From the NCBI GenBank assembly GCA_041740355.1, contig JBGSMD010000015.1:1-64000 (forward strand): a stretch of 64,000 nucleotides of DNA, in the 5' to 3' direction. The position numbers and the translations under genes are program-made. The DNA comes from Bdellovibrionota bacterium. GTDB taxonomy: Bacteria; Bdellovibrionota_C; UBA2361; CALJRW01. The stretch's first letter is position 1; each line of letters begins with the position of its first letter. The notes under the pieces were generated by a model. The model worked only from the letters and a program-made list of their open reading frames with translations. It searched no databases and had not been told where the DNA came from. Positions 9,093 through 19,268 of the stretch are shown piece by piece.

Positions 9093-10658
9093 ATGAATAA
9101 AAACATTGTCTGTAACATTTTGGCATTTTGTTTAGCGATTATATTTTTCTTACAGGCATTTACGGCAAGCGAAAGACAGTCATTAATTGTTGATGAACCA
9201 ATCTTTATTGCCTCAGGTTATTATCATTATGTTTATGATGATTTAAAAATTCATAAAGAATCTCCGCCACTAGTTTCCAAAGTTCTCGCCTGGCCATTGT
9301 TGTTTTTGGATTTAAAATTTCCAGAAAGTGATAATTATAATATTCAAAGATCTCGTCAGGATGGAGTAGCTTTAGACTTTTTAGCATTAAACTTTGATCG
9401 GCTTTCCCAGATTATTTTCTTTAGTCGACTACCTGTCAGCCTTGCGGGCATTTTGCTTCTTCTTGTAGTTTATTACATTGGTAAAAAAATGTTTGGTGCT
9501 ACAGCTGCATTATTTAGCTGTACTATGCTGGCAGTTTCACCGAATCTTATCGCGCATGCTCAGTTTGCCACCTCCGATTTACTTTGTAGTCTTACTTTTC
9601 TGATCTCGCTTTATTGTTTTTGGGAGTCAATCCAAAATAATAAAACTAAATGGTGGTTACTTACAGGCATAGCTACAGGGATCAGCATAATGATTAAATT
9701 TAGTAATCTAGTGTTGTGCATAATATATTTAGTGATCGCTCTATTTTTGTTGTTTAGTAAACAAACAACAGGGAAAATTATATTCCGTGGAGCTGCTCTA
9801 GTTTTTATAATTACTTACTTTATTATTGCTTGTAATTACAATCTTGATTGGACCCTGAGTAAATTTCTTATTGGATTAAGTCGCGTCTATTCTAATCATG
9901 TGTCAGGATACTTTTTTTATCTAAATGGAGAATTTTATCAAGGTGGCCGTTGGGACTATTTCTTGCAGCTGATCTTATATAAATCACCAATAATCTTGAT
10001 AGGATCATTCTTGTTTTGGCCATTTATTATTTTTAATCATCCTAATCGCAAAACTTTTTTTCTTTTTATTTTTATACCAACTATTCTTATATTAATAATT
10101 ACCTCGCAAGACGAAGCCAATATTGGACTACGACGAATATTAATGATCTATCCTTTATTCTATTTAAGTCTAGCCGCACTCTATAGTTACGTAGAATCAA
10201 AAAAAATTAAGATTTTATTTATTATCCTTGGTCTTATAAGTGCTATTGATTGCTTAAGGATTTATCCAAATCATCTAACTTATTTTAATTTTATGGCAGG
10301 CGGACCTCGTGCTGGTCCAAGTTTAGCAAATGATAGTAATATCGATTGGGGTCAAGGCTTGATTCAACTAGCTGAGTGGCAAAAAATGGATTCAGAGAGA
10401 GAAGCTCTTTATTTCTCACCTCCTTATTTTTTAAATCCTCAAATATACGGAATTAATTTTAAGTTAGCTACAAACACAGAATTGAGCACTCCTCTTAATG
10501 GCTTTTATGCGATTTCTGTTCAAAATTTAATTTCCTTACAGCAAGAAAAAGATCCCAATAAGTTTCCTGGAAAATTTTTTCAAATTAAACCGTGGGCAGT
10601 CGTTGCTAACGTTATCTACATTTACAAGTTTAAGGATGGTCAGTCTGTAAGTGGCTAG
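9093..10658 (+). CDS. GT-C membrane glycosyltransferase (ArnT/PMT-like, GT39/GT83)
   Basis: DEP in the first loop, PPL, SPNLIAHA..ATSD, KFS, DSNIDWGQ motifs; multiple TM segments. Confidence 0.85.
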   Translation: MNKNIVCNILAFCLAIIFFLQAFTASERQSLIVDEPIFIASGYYHYVYDDLKIHKESPPLVSKVLAWPLLFLDLKFPESDNYNIQRSRQDGVALDFLALNFDRLSQIIFFSRLPVSLAGILLLLVVYYIGKKMFGATAALFSCTMLAVSPNLIAHAQFATSDLLCSLTFLISLYCFWESIQNNKTKWWLLTGIATGISIMIKFSNLVLCIIYLVIALFLLFSKQTTGKIIFRGAALVFIITYFIIACNYNLDWTLSKFLIGLSRVYSNHVSGYFFYLNGEFYQGGRWDYFLQLILYKSPIILIGSFLFWPFIIFNHPNRKTFFLFIFIPTILILIITSQDEANIGLRRILMIYPLFYLSLAALYSYVESKKIKILFIILGLISAIDCLRIYPNHLTYFNFMAGGPRAGPSLANDSNIDWGQGLIQLAEWQKMDSEREALYFSPPYFLNPQIYGINFKLATNTELSTPLNGFYAISVQNLISLQQEKDPNKFPGKFFQIKPWAVVANVIYIYKFKDGQSVSG

Positions 10659-12237
10659 CCTTGGCACGAGCCTCTTTCAGTCCTGCTAAGACAGCTTTAG
10701 AGTCAGGCTGATCAATTAATACAAGCTCAAAATTGGATATTGCCGAGGCATAATTTTCTTGACCCAGATCAATAAAACCCTGTATTTCATAATTAATTAA
10801 GGCCGTGGGTTGATATAGCTTAAGAGCAGTTAGATGCTTTTGCGCTAAACTAAACTTTTTTTCTTCAATCAATATTGAACATAATTGTAAGTGGGCAGGC
10901 CAAAAATTATGGGCTAGTGCAATTGCCTCTTGGAGTTTTAAAATTGCTTTTTTAGGCTGATCTAAGTTGTGATACATGGCTCCTAAAGAATTTAAGACAA
11001 TTAAGCTTTTTGTTCCGAGACGATACTCATAATTACTAATCTTCCAGTTAGTAGACCAAGGAGCGGTTTGTTGTATAGCAATAAATATTGATAATATGAG
11101 ATAGACTAAAATTACCAGTCTTGAGGCAATCGACCTTGCAAAGTGACAGTAGACAGACGCGAGGCATAGATAAATCCCCAATCCGGGCAAGTAACTAAGA
11201 CGATTGGCATAATGAGTTCCGATAGTGAGAAATATATTTGAAGTAACAGCAAATGAGAGCAGGTACCAAATAAGACCAAACTTCGTTGAAGTATCCTTTT
11301 TAATAAATACTATTAGACTTGCGCTGAAAACAAATAAAATTAGATAGAAAATACTTACAAAATCCCATTTTAAATTTTGACTTACATTCATTAAGTTAAA
11401 ATCTTGAAAATTTTGTCGTGGGGCAAGCAAGCTAAAAATATATTGCCCCTGAAAGATTAAAGAACGCGTGACTCTTTCTATCCAATCTGCCTCAATTAAA
11501 ACGTTAGAGAATTGACTGGTACTCTGCATCGCTACCAGTTTATCAAGTGACAATTGACGCAAGTATATATAAATGACTAGGCCGATCGCTGGACAAAATA
11601 ATAGAAAAAAATTCTCTTTCTTCCAGTAAGTATCAGCACTACGCGAACACGATTTCCAGATTAACAATGGAATAAGGAGACAAATCACAACTCCGCTTTC
11701 CTTGCTGAGCATGGCTAAAAGTGCAGTTAGTCCAACGGCTAATAAGTATTGGAAAGAATAATCTTTTAAATATCTCCACGCAGCAATTAAACAAATCAGA
11801 ATAAAGAGGGCGCTTAAACTCTCCGTTCTATATGAAATATTTGCTACTACCTCGGCATACATTGGGGAGACTGCAAATAGTAACGCAGTTGTAAAAGCTA
11901 GAAGTGAATTATGAAATATCTGACGAACAAAAACTAATGTTAATATACTTACACAAAAATGTAATATTAGATTGACTAAATGAAAACCCCAGGCATCTAT
12001 GCCAAATATTTTTTGATTCAACCATAAAGAAACAGAAAATACCGGGCGATATAAATTTCCTGGCCAGGTTGACATAAAAAATAATTCGGAAGGGAAGCTC
12101 TCTTGAAAGACTTGAGAGTCTTTAGCTAAATGCATTTGATCGTCCCAAACAAAAGCAAAACTCAGACTCTGTGCGTATATTACTAAGATTAATATGAGAA
12201 TGGTGAGAATTTGAAATGAAGTTCTATGAAAGGGCAT
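10630..12237 (-). CDS. TMTC-like protein O-mannosyltransferase with C-terminal TPRs
   Basis: FVWDD, YRP, FHLVNLILH, EVVANISYRTE, SKE, NRLSYLP motifs followed by TPR-like helices. Confidence 0.85.
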   Translation of the reverse strand: MPFHRTSFQILTILILILVIYAQSLSFAFVWDDQMHLAKDSQVFQESFPSELFFMSTWPGNLYRPVFSVSLWLNQKIFGIDAWGFHLVNLILHFCVSILTLVFVRQIFHNSLLAFTTALLFAVSPMYAEVVANISYRTESLSALFILICLIAAWRYLKDYSFQYLLAVGLTALLAMLSKESGVVICLLIPLLIWKSCSRSADTYWKKENFFLLFCPAIGLVIYIYLRQLSLDKLVAMQSTSQFSNVLIEADWIERVTRSLIFQGQYIFSLLAPRQNFQDFNLMNVSQNLKWDFVSIFYLILFVFSASLIVFIKKDTSTKFGLIWYLLSFAVTSNIFLTIGTHYANRLSYLPGLGIYLCLASVYCHFARSIASRLVILVYLILSIFIAIQQTAPWSTNWKISNYEYRLGTKSLIVLNSLGAMYHNLDQPKKAILKLQEAIALAHNFWPAHLQLCSILIEEKKFSLAQKHLTALKLYQPTALINYEIQGFIDLGQENYASAISNFELVLIDQPDSKAVLAGLKEARAKASHLQTDHP

Positions 12238-12277
12238 ACTTTTGTTTAATTGATCTTAATTAAGCAGACAACATGTT

Positions 12278-12322
12278 TATACTAGTCGACTAATTTTAAA
12301 AACTGTAATTTTTAAATGTTGC
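12278..12322. repeat. Family-C short dispersed repeat (TATACTAG..GACTAA..TAAAA..GTAATTT..AAT)
   Basis: Similar segments at about 8825, 18838, 36991 and 58354. Confidence 0.5.
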
Positions 12323-12542
12323 CTAAGATAGACTATCTATAAGTGCTTTGCAGTGAGTGATGGTATGAATTCCTAACTTTCTTGGGTTGATCTTCAACGA
12401 CCCTGCCATGATGACTAATGGCATCGAGTAATATAGCTGCTTGAATAAGATCGATCTTTATGTAAATTTGAAAGAACATCTGAGGATTAGTCTCTAGTCA
12501 AAATAGCTTTATTTTCCATCTTAATCGAAACTAAACTGCATT

Positions 12543-13211
12543 ATGGTTTCTTATAATTTAGCCAATTCGCCAGATAGAGCTAGCGCAAGTGAGACAGAAA
12601 GGAGATTTGTTGCCTTAATTGAAAAGCTAGACCAACAGTTATTATCAAATCCTCCAGAACTATACTCTTGCTCTTTTCCTCGAAGAATTAGTCATCTCTG
12701 CACAACAGAAATCCAAGAAGGCATTACTCTTGCCAGTGGACCAGAAGCTGAACGCTTACAATCTGTATATGCTTCGCTAAAAATATTGGCAATTAAAGAT
12801 GGTCACAGGCTAACAGTGCAGACAATGCAAACTTTATTAAATTCACAGGATACAGATCTTCGACCTTCAATTCGCGGGGCAATTACCTGGATTACAAATC
12901 AACCCGAGCAACACTCCCTAAAAGACTACTTTATAGCTGAGCTTCTGCCAGATTTTGCTAAATTCCTACATTACATGAAAAAAAGTTCTTCTCGCGAAGT
13001 TTTTTGTTCAGACTCCTTTGTACAGACGATTCTACATGTTCAGCAAAAATTTTTTATGATTGACTCCTTGGCTTCAACTCCAGCTACTGGTTTAAGTACA
13101 ATTGAACAACAAAAGCTTAAAGGACTTTTAACTAAATCTCTAAAGTGTAATTTAGTAGATTTTCTTGCGGGATTAGAAATTGAAGTTCGCTATCGCGACT
13201 ACAATCCCTAA
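12543..13211 (+). CDS. Hypothetical protein
   Basis: 222-aa ORF with no recognised motif. Confidence 0.6.
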   Translation: MVSYNLANSPDRASASETERRFVALIEKLDQQLLSNPPELYSCSFPRRISHLCTTEIQEGITLASGPEAERLQSVYASLKILAIKDGHRLTVQTMQTLLNSQDTDLRPSIRGAITWITNQPEQHSLKDYFIAELLPDFAKFLHYMKKSSSREVFCSDSFVQTILHVQQKFFMIDSLASTPATGLSTIEQQKLKGLLTKSLKCNLVDFLAGLEIEVRYRDYNP

Positions 13212-13439
13212 TACTTACTGAGTTTCAGAAACCAAAATTAAGACCTGTAAGTCATTGGCAAGCGCAACTAACTTCGGAGTATTTACACTATTCGGATCAA
13301 TTCAAGATTTTAGTATTCACTAAAACCTTTTAGTAGCAAGAAACTATGGTTAAAATAGTGGTTTGAGGTTTTTAAATAGTGCAAACAGCCTCTTAACTTA
13401 AACATGAGCTTTGATTGATCAAAAAACGAATACACAGTA

Positions 13440-13583
13440 TAAAGTTATAGCAAAAGGAATTTCCGAATATTGAAAAGCTAGTTTGTGATTTTTATCATAA
13501 CTATATGATTTTATCGTCACTTCGAGGGATAGTAAGACCCAAAAAGCAATTCCCTACGGAAACTACTTTTTGGACTCACTATA
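13440..13583. repeat. 146-bp two-hairpin MITE-like element (diverged)
   Basis: Colinear similarity to 18955-19100; ends ggactcactata. Confidence 0.85.
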
Positions 13584-13730
13584 AATAGCGTGACTAAATT
13601 GACACCCAAAAGTTTTTACTGGGAAAACTTGTGAAAATGCTTCTTCCCTCATGAAAACTACGAAGGAGAGAAGTTCTATTTGTAGAATATACGGACACAC
13701 TACTTTTGTATTTTCAAATTATTTCCAACA

Positions 13731-14597
13731 ATGTTTACATCTGAATTTCTCCGCTGCTTAATAGAATTATCTAAGCCTAATATTACGAAACTAGTCTTAG
13801 TTACGTCAGGGATGGGCTATTGCTTAGCAAGTAATGGACTAGGGGATCTCTCTACTCTTTTTTTTACTCTGTTAGGAACAACACTAACCTGCGGTGGTTC
13901 CGGTGCATTAAATAATTATATTGAACGTGATTATGATTGCTTAATGAAAAGAACAGCTTGTCGTCCACTTCCAAGTGGTCGCATTAAACCAGCACAAGCT
14001 TTAGGTTTTGGCTTACTACTTGTTCTATCTGGTACAGTAATTTTAGTTGCAATGGTTAATTTACTATCCGGTTTCTTAGCATTGCTCACTGCATTTCTAT
14101 ATGTACTAGTTTACACTCCATTAAAAAGACTGACCTGGCTAAATACATTTATTGGAGCAATTCCAGGGGCACTGCCACCATTAGGTGGTTGGGCAGCAGC
14201 CACAGGAGAACTAGGCGCCGGTGGTTGGATTTTGTTTACAATCCTTTTTATCTGGCAAATGCCCCACTTTTATTCCATTGCCTGGATGTACCGAAATGAC
14301 TATGCGCAGGCGGGATATAAGATGATCACCCTTAATGATGATGATGGGCAAAAAACATTTAGTCAAATTATTTTCTTCTCATTAGTTTTGTTAGTTGTTT
14401 CATTTTTACCAGTCTATCTACAAAATATTGGTTATATTTATGTGATTTCGGCAGCTTTATTGGGAGTTTATGTGCTTGCTTATGGCGTAGCTAGTTTTTT
14501 TGCCCGCTCGCACAAGTCAGCTCGAGCACTTTTAAGATCCACAGTTATATATTTACCATTATTATTAACTTCTCTTTTAATTGATTCTTTTATTTGA
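13731..14597 (+). CDS. ctaB: Protoheme IX farnesyltransferase (heme O synthase)
   Basis: NNYIERDYD..MKRT..RPLPSG, YTPLKR, GAIPGALPPLGGW, WQMPHF motifs. Confidence 0.95.
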   Translation: MFTSEFLRCLIELSKPNITKLVLVTSGMGYCLASNGLGDLSTLFFTLLGTTLTCGGSGALNNYIERDYDCLMKRTACRPLPSGRIKPAQALGFGLLLVLSGTVILVAMVNLLSGFLALLTAFLYVLVYTPLKRLTWLNTFIGAIPGALPPLGGWAAATGELGAGGWILFTILFIWQMPHFYSIAWMYRNDYAQAGYKMITLNDDDGQKTFSQIIFFSLVLLVVSFLPVYLQNIGYIYVISAALLGVYVLAYGVASFFARSHKSARALLRSTVIYLPLLLTSLLIDSFI

Positions 14598-15565
14598 TGA
14601 TTACTTTTAGAAAACTACTAGCTCAAACTCTTCCGTTTTGTGTGCTTTTTCTAATACTTTTTGGCGCACTTGTGACAAGTCATGGAGCAGGCTTATCTGT
14701 TCCCGACTGGCCAACAACATTTAATGAAAATATGTTTACTTACCCAGTTCATAAATGGACTGGTGGCATTTTTTGGGAGCATGGTCACCGACTAATTGCC
14801 AGTGGTATTGGTCTACTAACACTAATTCTAACTGCAATAATTTTAATTTCAGAAAAGAGAAAATGGCTTAAAGTATTAGCTTCTTTTGCCTTGCTAGCCG
14901 TGATTCTGCAAGGAGTACTTGGTGGTTTAACAGTAATTTATAAATTACCAACGGCTGTTTCTTCCGCACACGCTATCCTAGCACAAAGCTTTTTTATTAT
15001 GACAATTGTCATTGCTTATAGTTATTCCAAAGAATTTCTAACTAAATCTGCACCAATAACAATTTTGAATGCTAAAATATTTAAATATAGCCTCTTAACT
15101 GCGGGTATGATTTATTTGCAACTAATTATTGGTGCAGTGATGCGACACAGTGGTTCGGGATTAGCAGTCCCAGATTTCCCGAAGATGGGAGGAAGCTACC
15201 TTCCAAGTCTTTCCGCTGAAACTATTACTAACATTAATCAACAATTATTAGTTTTAGGATATGCTCCTGTAGATAAACTGCAAGTTCTTATTCATTTAAT
15301 CCATCGCTTTTGGGCAATTGGAATTATTATTGCTGTCTTTTTACTAATTGGATTTATCTTAACTAATGCAAATAGTCTTGGTAAAAAAATAACAAGGCAT
15401 GGAGCTTGGATTGGAAGCATCGTCATCTTGCAATTTGCCCTAGGAATCATAACCGTCATAAGCCATAAAGATCCATTTATTACTAGTGTTCACGTGATGT
15501 TAGGTGCTGGACTTCTGGGTATAACGACACTGCTAGCGCTGCGAACTTACAATATGAGAGTTTAG
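14594..15565 (+). CDS. ctaA: Heme A synthase (COX15/CtaA)
   Basis: GLSVPDWP, WEHGHR, QGVLGGLTV, HLIHR motifs; overlaps the ctaB stop. Confidence 0.92.
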   Translation: MMITFRKLLAQTLPFCVLFLILFGALVTSHGAGLSVPDWPTTFNENMFTYPVHKWTGGIFWEHGHRLIASGIGLLTLILTAIILISEKRKWLKVLASFALLAVILQGVLGGLTVIYKLPTAVSSAHAILAQSFFIMTIVIAYSYSKEFLTKSAPITILNAKIFKYSLLTAGMIYLQLIIGAVMRHSGSGLAVPDFPKMGGSYLPSLSAETITNINQQLLVLGYAPVDKLQVLIHLIHRFWAIGIIIAVFLLIGFILTNANSLGKKITRHGAWIGSIVILQFALGIITVISHKDPFITSVHVMLGAGLLGITTLLALRTYNMRV

Positions 15566-15567
15566 GA

Positions 15568-16098
15568 ATGAGTAAACTCCTTCTTGCGATAGTTTTTTCT
15601 TTCCTCATTACCTCATCCAGTAATGCCGAAAATACGATTCCTGAATTTAGGTTTTATGATCAAAACCAAAAAATAGTAACGCCCAAAGATCTACTTGGTA
15701 AATATTGGGTTTTAAATTTCTTTTTTACTAGCTGTCCTAAAGTCTGCCCCATGTTAAATGGTAAAGTATTTGCACTAAATCAAAAATTTAAAAATGAACC
15801 AAACTTAAATTTCCTTTCTGTTAGTGTTGATCCAGATCGAGATACTTTCCCAGTATTATTAAAATATGCCGAAAAATTTAAAGCGCCGTCTTCACGTTGG
15901 CAATTTGCAAGAGGTGCTTCTTCCGAGGTTACCCAACTTGTTGCAGATTTAAAATTAGCGGCTGGACCCAGCATTGACGAGCATAATTCTCGACTCACCT
16001 TAATTGATCCTGAAGGCAAAATCATTGGTTATTATTCAGGTTTAGACCAAGAGGGATTTGCCGAATTGGATCAGAAGCTAACAAAAATTTTTCAATAA
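15568..16098 (+). CDS. SCO1/SenC copper chaperone
   Basis: FFFTSCPKVCP (CxxxC), SVDPDRDT, conserved His. Confidence 0.92.
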   Translation: MSKLLLAIVFSFLITSSSNAENTIPEFRFYDQNQKIVTPKDLLGKYWVLNFFFTSCPKVCPMLNGKVFALNQKFKNEPNLNFLSVSVDPDRDTFPVLLKYAEKFKAPSSRWQFARGASSEVTQLVADLKLAAGPSIDEHNSRLTLIDPEGKIIGYYSGLDQEGFAELDQKLTKIFQ

Positions 16099-16268
16099 AC
16101 CATCTAAGCCCTCATTACTCGTCCTTTTTCAAAATGCTTCCGTAAAGCGGGCGAGCAAGATAATGACAAAGCGAAAAATGCTACGAGCATTTTTACCCGC
16201 TGTTTCTCCAAAACCTACTAGGTTTGAGTATATTCTCATCTGCTTGTAACTAGGATAAGATTCCTGCT

Positions 16269-17720
16269 GTGATTCAACAAAAGACAAATTTAAAATTAAT
16301 TACTTGGCTACTTTTCTTGTTAGCATTAATTCCAACTGCCTATTGCTTTGGCCCAAGTTTATCAAACCAAAACGCGCGCCTATTGCCGATCTATGCAGTA
16401 GTGGAGCGAGATCCAAAACTACCACTTTTCAGTATAGATAATTTTATGTTTGAAAAAAATGGCTATGTCGGGACAATCGATTGGTCTAGTCATAATGGAC
16501 ATTATTACTCTAATAAATCTCCCGGGGTGATCCTACTGGGAATTCCTCCTTATTACTTAGCCTACAAAATTGAAACAATGCTTGGGTTAAACCCCGGTCA
16601 ACCATCTCTTGCCTATCTGAACGCCTATCTAATTAATTTTTTTGTTTCGGTAATTCCCTTTGCTTTATCAGCCATCGCTTTCTTTTATGTTCTACAATCC
16701 TTCGGACAGTCTATAAAGGCTTCGGCATTGCTCACCCTAATCTATATCTTTGCTACTCCATTTATTTCATACAATCAGACACTATGGGGAACAAATACAA
16801 CGACAAGTTTTTTAGTTATTGCCCTTTATTTCCTAAGAAAGAGTTATTGGCAACCAATCTTGGCGGGAATTTCTCTGGGCCTTGCTATTCAAATGGACTA
16901 TCTAGGATTTATCGCCGTAGGTACCATCTTGCTCTATGCTATTTGGCAAGCAAAAGGAAAAAGTCTCCCAGTAATTTTTAGTTATCTAGCTATCCTCAGC
17001 GTCTTACTGTTTTATCAATACTTATGTTTTGGGTCGATCTTTAAGTCTACTAAATCCAACGGAAATCCTGCCTTTGAAAATTCAGATTTGATCCTTGGGT
17101 TTTTTTCCTCCTTACCATCATTCTCTGTAATCTGGTCCTTACTTTTTTCATTAGAGAAGGGCCTGATCCTATTCATGCCAATTTTTTTACTAAGTTTTGC
17201 CGGGATTGGCTTTTGGATTAAAAGAAATCGTCGGGATCCACTACTCTGGCTTTGCCTAAGTAATATCATTGGCTATTTATTATTTGTGTCTACTTTTAAT
17301 GGATGGCATGGTGGTGCTACAACTTTTCCACGCTACTTATTACCCTGTTTGATTTTTTTGATCATTCCACTAAAAGAATGTCCGCGAATTCTTCGTATTC
17401 CTATCGTATTATTAAGTCTCTTTAGTGCCTTTAACTCACTGGTGTTAGCTGCCGTCTCTCCAATTTCACCAGACCTTGATCCAAACCCATTATACGGTTT
17501 TAACTATAATTTTTTCTTTAGTGGACAAATTTCACCCATCAAGTATCCGATTAGACTTCAAGGTTTAGATCCAAATTTTGCTAGTTACCAGGATTTATCC
17601 AGTGGTAATATCGGTCAACTTTTAGGTTTAAATGGCCTTAGCAGTCTTTTCCCGCTCTTAATCTTGATCTTATTAATAACTTATTTTTTGTACCTCCGAA
17701 TCAAATTTAATGGAGAATAA
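16269..17720 (+). CDS. Polytopic membrane protein, probable GT-C glycosyltransferase
   Basis: YYSNKSPG, LLFSLEKGL, WHGG..PRYLLP motifs; many TM segments. Confidence 0.7.
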   Translation: MIQQKTNLKLITWLLFLLALIPTAYCFGPSLSNQNARLLPIYAVVERDPKLPLFSIDNFMFEKNGYVGTIDWSSHNGHYYSNKSPGVILLGIPPYYLAYKIETMLGLNPGQPSLAYLNAYLINFFVSVIPFALSAIAFFYVLQSFGQSIKASALLTLIYIFATPFISYNQTLWGTNTTTSFLVIALYFLRKSYWQPILAGISLGLAIQMDYLGFIAVGTILLYAIWQAKGKSLPVIFSYLAILSVLLFYQYLCFGSIFKSTKSNGNPAFENSDLILGFFSSLPSFSVIWSLLFSLEKGLILFMPIFLLSFAGIGFWIKRNRRDPLLWLCLSNIIGYLLFVSTFNGWHGGATTFPRYLLPCLIFLIIPLKECPRILRIPIVLLSLFSAFNSLVLAAVSPISPDLDPNPLYGFNYNFFFSGQISPIKYPIRLQGLDPNFASYQDLSSGNIGQLLGLNGLSSLFPLLILILLITYFLYLRIKFNGE

Positions 17721-17751
17721 AACTAACTTCGGACAATCGTGAGTTTTAGGC

Positions 17752-17784
17752 AAAAAAAAGGGCGATAACCGAATGCTATCGCCC
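17752..17784 (-). terminator. Rho-independent terminator
   Basis: gggcgatagc-attcg-gttatcgccc followed by T8 on the minus strand. Confidence 0.85.
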
Positions 17785-17818
17785 CCAACTCGCAGAAAGG
17801 ATGCTGTCATGCCTTACA
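17752..17818 (-). ncRNA. Candidate ~67-nt small RNA with anti-SD motif
   Basis: Lies between a sigma-28-like promoter and a minus-strand intrinsic terminator with no ORF between them; contains CAUCCUUUCU. Confidence 0.55.
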
Positions 17819-17824
17819 AATTAA

Positions 17825-17851
17825 GTATCGTCAGATTTTTTGAAAACTTTA
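17825..17851 (-). promoter_or_regulatory. Sigma-28 (FliA)-type promoter
   Basis: TAAAGTTT-N11-GACGATAC versus consensus TAAAGTTT-N11-GCCGATAA. Confidence 0.65.
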
Positions 17852-18086
17852 GTCTTTGAACAAAAAAATAATAAAAAATCCCCTCTTTTTTGTGAAGTAC
17901 ACTAAATCCCATAAAATGATTTGCACTTGGATACCATAGAACTAATTTTAGACCCTTAATTTTCCATATCGCTTTTTGAGGAAAAAGTTTCAAAACCTGC
18001 TTGCCGAAAAAGACTTAAGTTTGAAGTAGCTAAATCTAGACGTTAAGTTTACAGTAAGTCAATTAGATTTTATTTCGTAATGCTCA

Positions 18087-18796
18087 ATGCTGATCCCTGT
18101 AAAAAGATCCTCTAATACTAAACAAAAAGCAATTACTGCTCTTTTCTTTCTTGTTCCAGCTCCCAGCATTGGTGTTTTAATGGCGATGTATCTTACACCA
18201 GGAGCGCTTGGTCAAGCGGTGTTTATGTTTACTAAAATATGGTTGATTCTTTTTCCACTAGCTTGGATCTGGAAAATGACTGACGAAAGAATCACAATAC
18301 CAAAATTATCAACCAAGGGAATGAAAGTTGCCTGCCTTAGTGGCTTGCTAATCTTTATTACTATTGGAATTTGTTATCTATTTCTTAAGTCTCAAGGGGC
18401 AATTGATTCTAGAGCACTCTCCCAAAAAGCTATGACTTTAGGATTAGGCTCTCCCACTTTTTATATCCTAGCAGCAATTTATTGGTGTACCGTAAATTCA
18501 TTAATTGAAGAATATGTCTGGCGTTGGTTTGTTTTCACAAGGTGTGAAAGATTGATGTCAAAGTTTTGGGCCGTGATCATTTCAGGAATTTTTTTACACT
18601 CCATCATATTCTAGCAATTAAAGTTTACTTCAATCTTCCCTTAACTATCCTTGCTTCAATTGGTGTTTTTATTGGCGGTGCGACTTGGTCATGGATTTAC
18701 TTACGCTATCGCAACATTTACGCATCTTACGTTAGTCATGTATTTGCTGATATTATTATCTTTTTGATTGGATACCAAATGTTTTTTGGGAATTAG
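18087..18796 (+). pseudogene. CPBP (Abi/CAAX-II) intramembrane metalloprotease, frameshifted at a T7 run
   Basis: EEYVWR lies in ORF 18087-18614; FTLHH and SHVFAD lie in ORF 18566-18796; one extra T at 18589-18595 fuses them. Confidence 0.8.
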
Positions 18797-18954
18797 ACCC
18801 GAGACAATCCACTCTAAATATAGCTCACTGCTCCTTTTATACTAGGTGACTAAATTTTAAAACGATAATTTTCAATCTCGACTTGAAGCTAGAAACTCCA
18901 AAAACTAATTTCACTTAATTAAAATTAAGTTTATGCGATCAGCTGCAACGCATT

Positions 18955-19100
18955 TATAGTGATGACAAAAACTAATTTCCGAATATTGAAAAGGCAGTTT
19001 TGTGATTTTTGTCATAACCGTATGATTTTATAACGCTTGCAGGGGATAGTAAGCCCCAAAAAGTAATTCCTAACGGAAATTACTTTTTGGACTTACTATA
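18955..19100. mobile_element. 146-bp two-hairpin MITE-like element
   Basis: TATAGT...ACTATA ends; highly similar to 61758-61903 and (inverted) 50760-50905. Confidence 0.85.
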
Positions 19101-19104
19101 AATA

Positions 19105-19149
19105 TTGGATTTCCACCTTGAAGAAAGCTTCGGCTGACAAGTATTCAAG
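19105..19149. repeat. REP-like palindrome
   Basis: Reverse complement cttgaatacttgtcagccgaagctttcttcaaggtggaaatccaa matches 8666-8729. Confidence 0.7.
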
Positions 19150-19268
19150 CTTTTGCCAAAAATAACTGATCAATTCAACCCAAGAAGAATAATGAAATGT
19201 GGTTTCGGAAATTTATTCTTGGCTTTATTATCGATGTAGAATTTAGCTCAGGACTACAGGTATTTGAC

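Noticed and set aside
16110-16200. Hairpins between the SCO gene and 16269 as a riboswitch
   Set aside because: No recognisable aptamer motif and no second copy seen
17983-18010. Second sigma-28-like promoter on the plus strand (AAAAGTTT-N12-GCCGAAAA)
   Set aside because: Mismatches in both boxes and off spacing; too weak in AT-rich DNA
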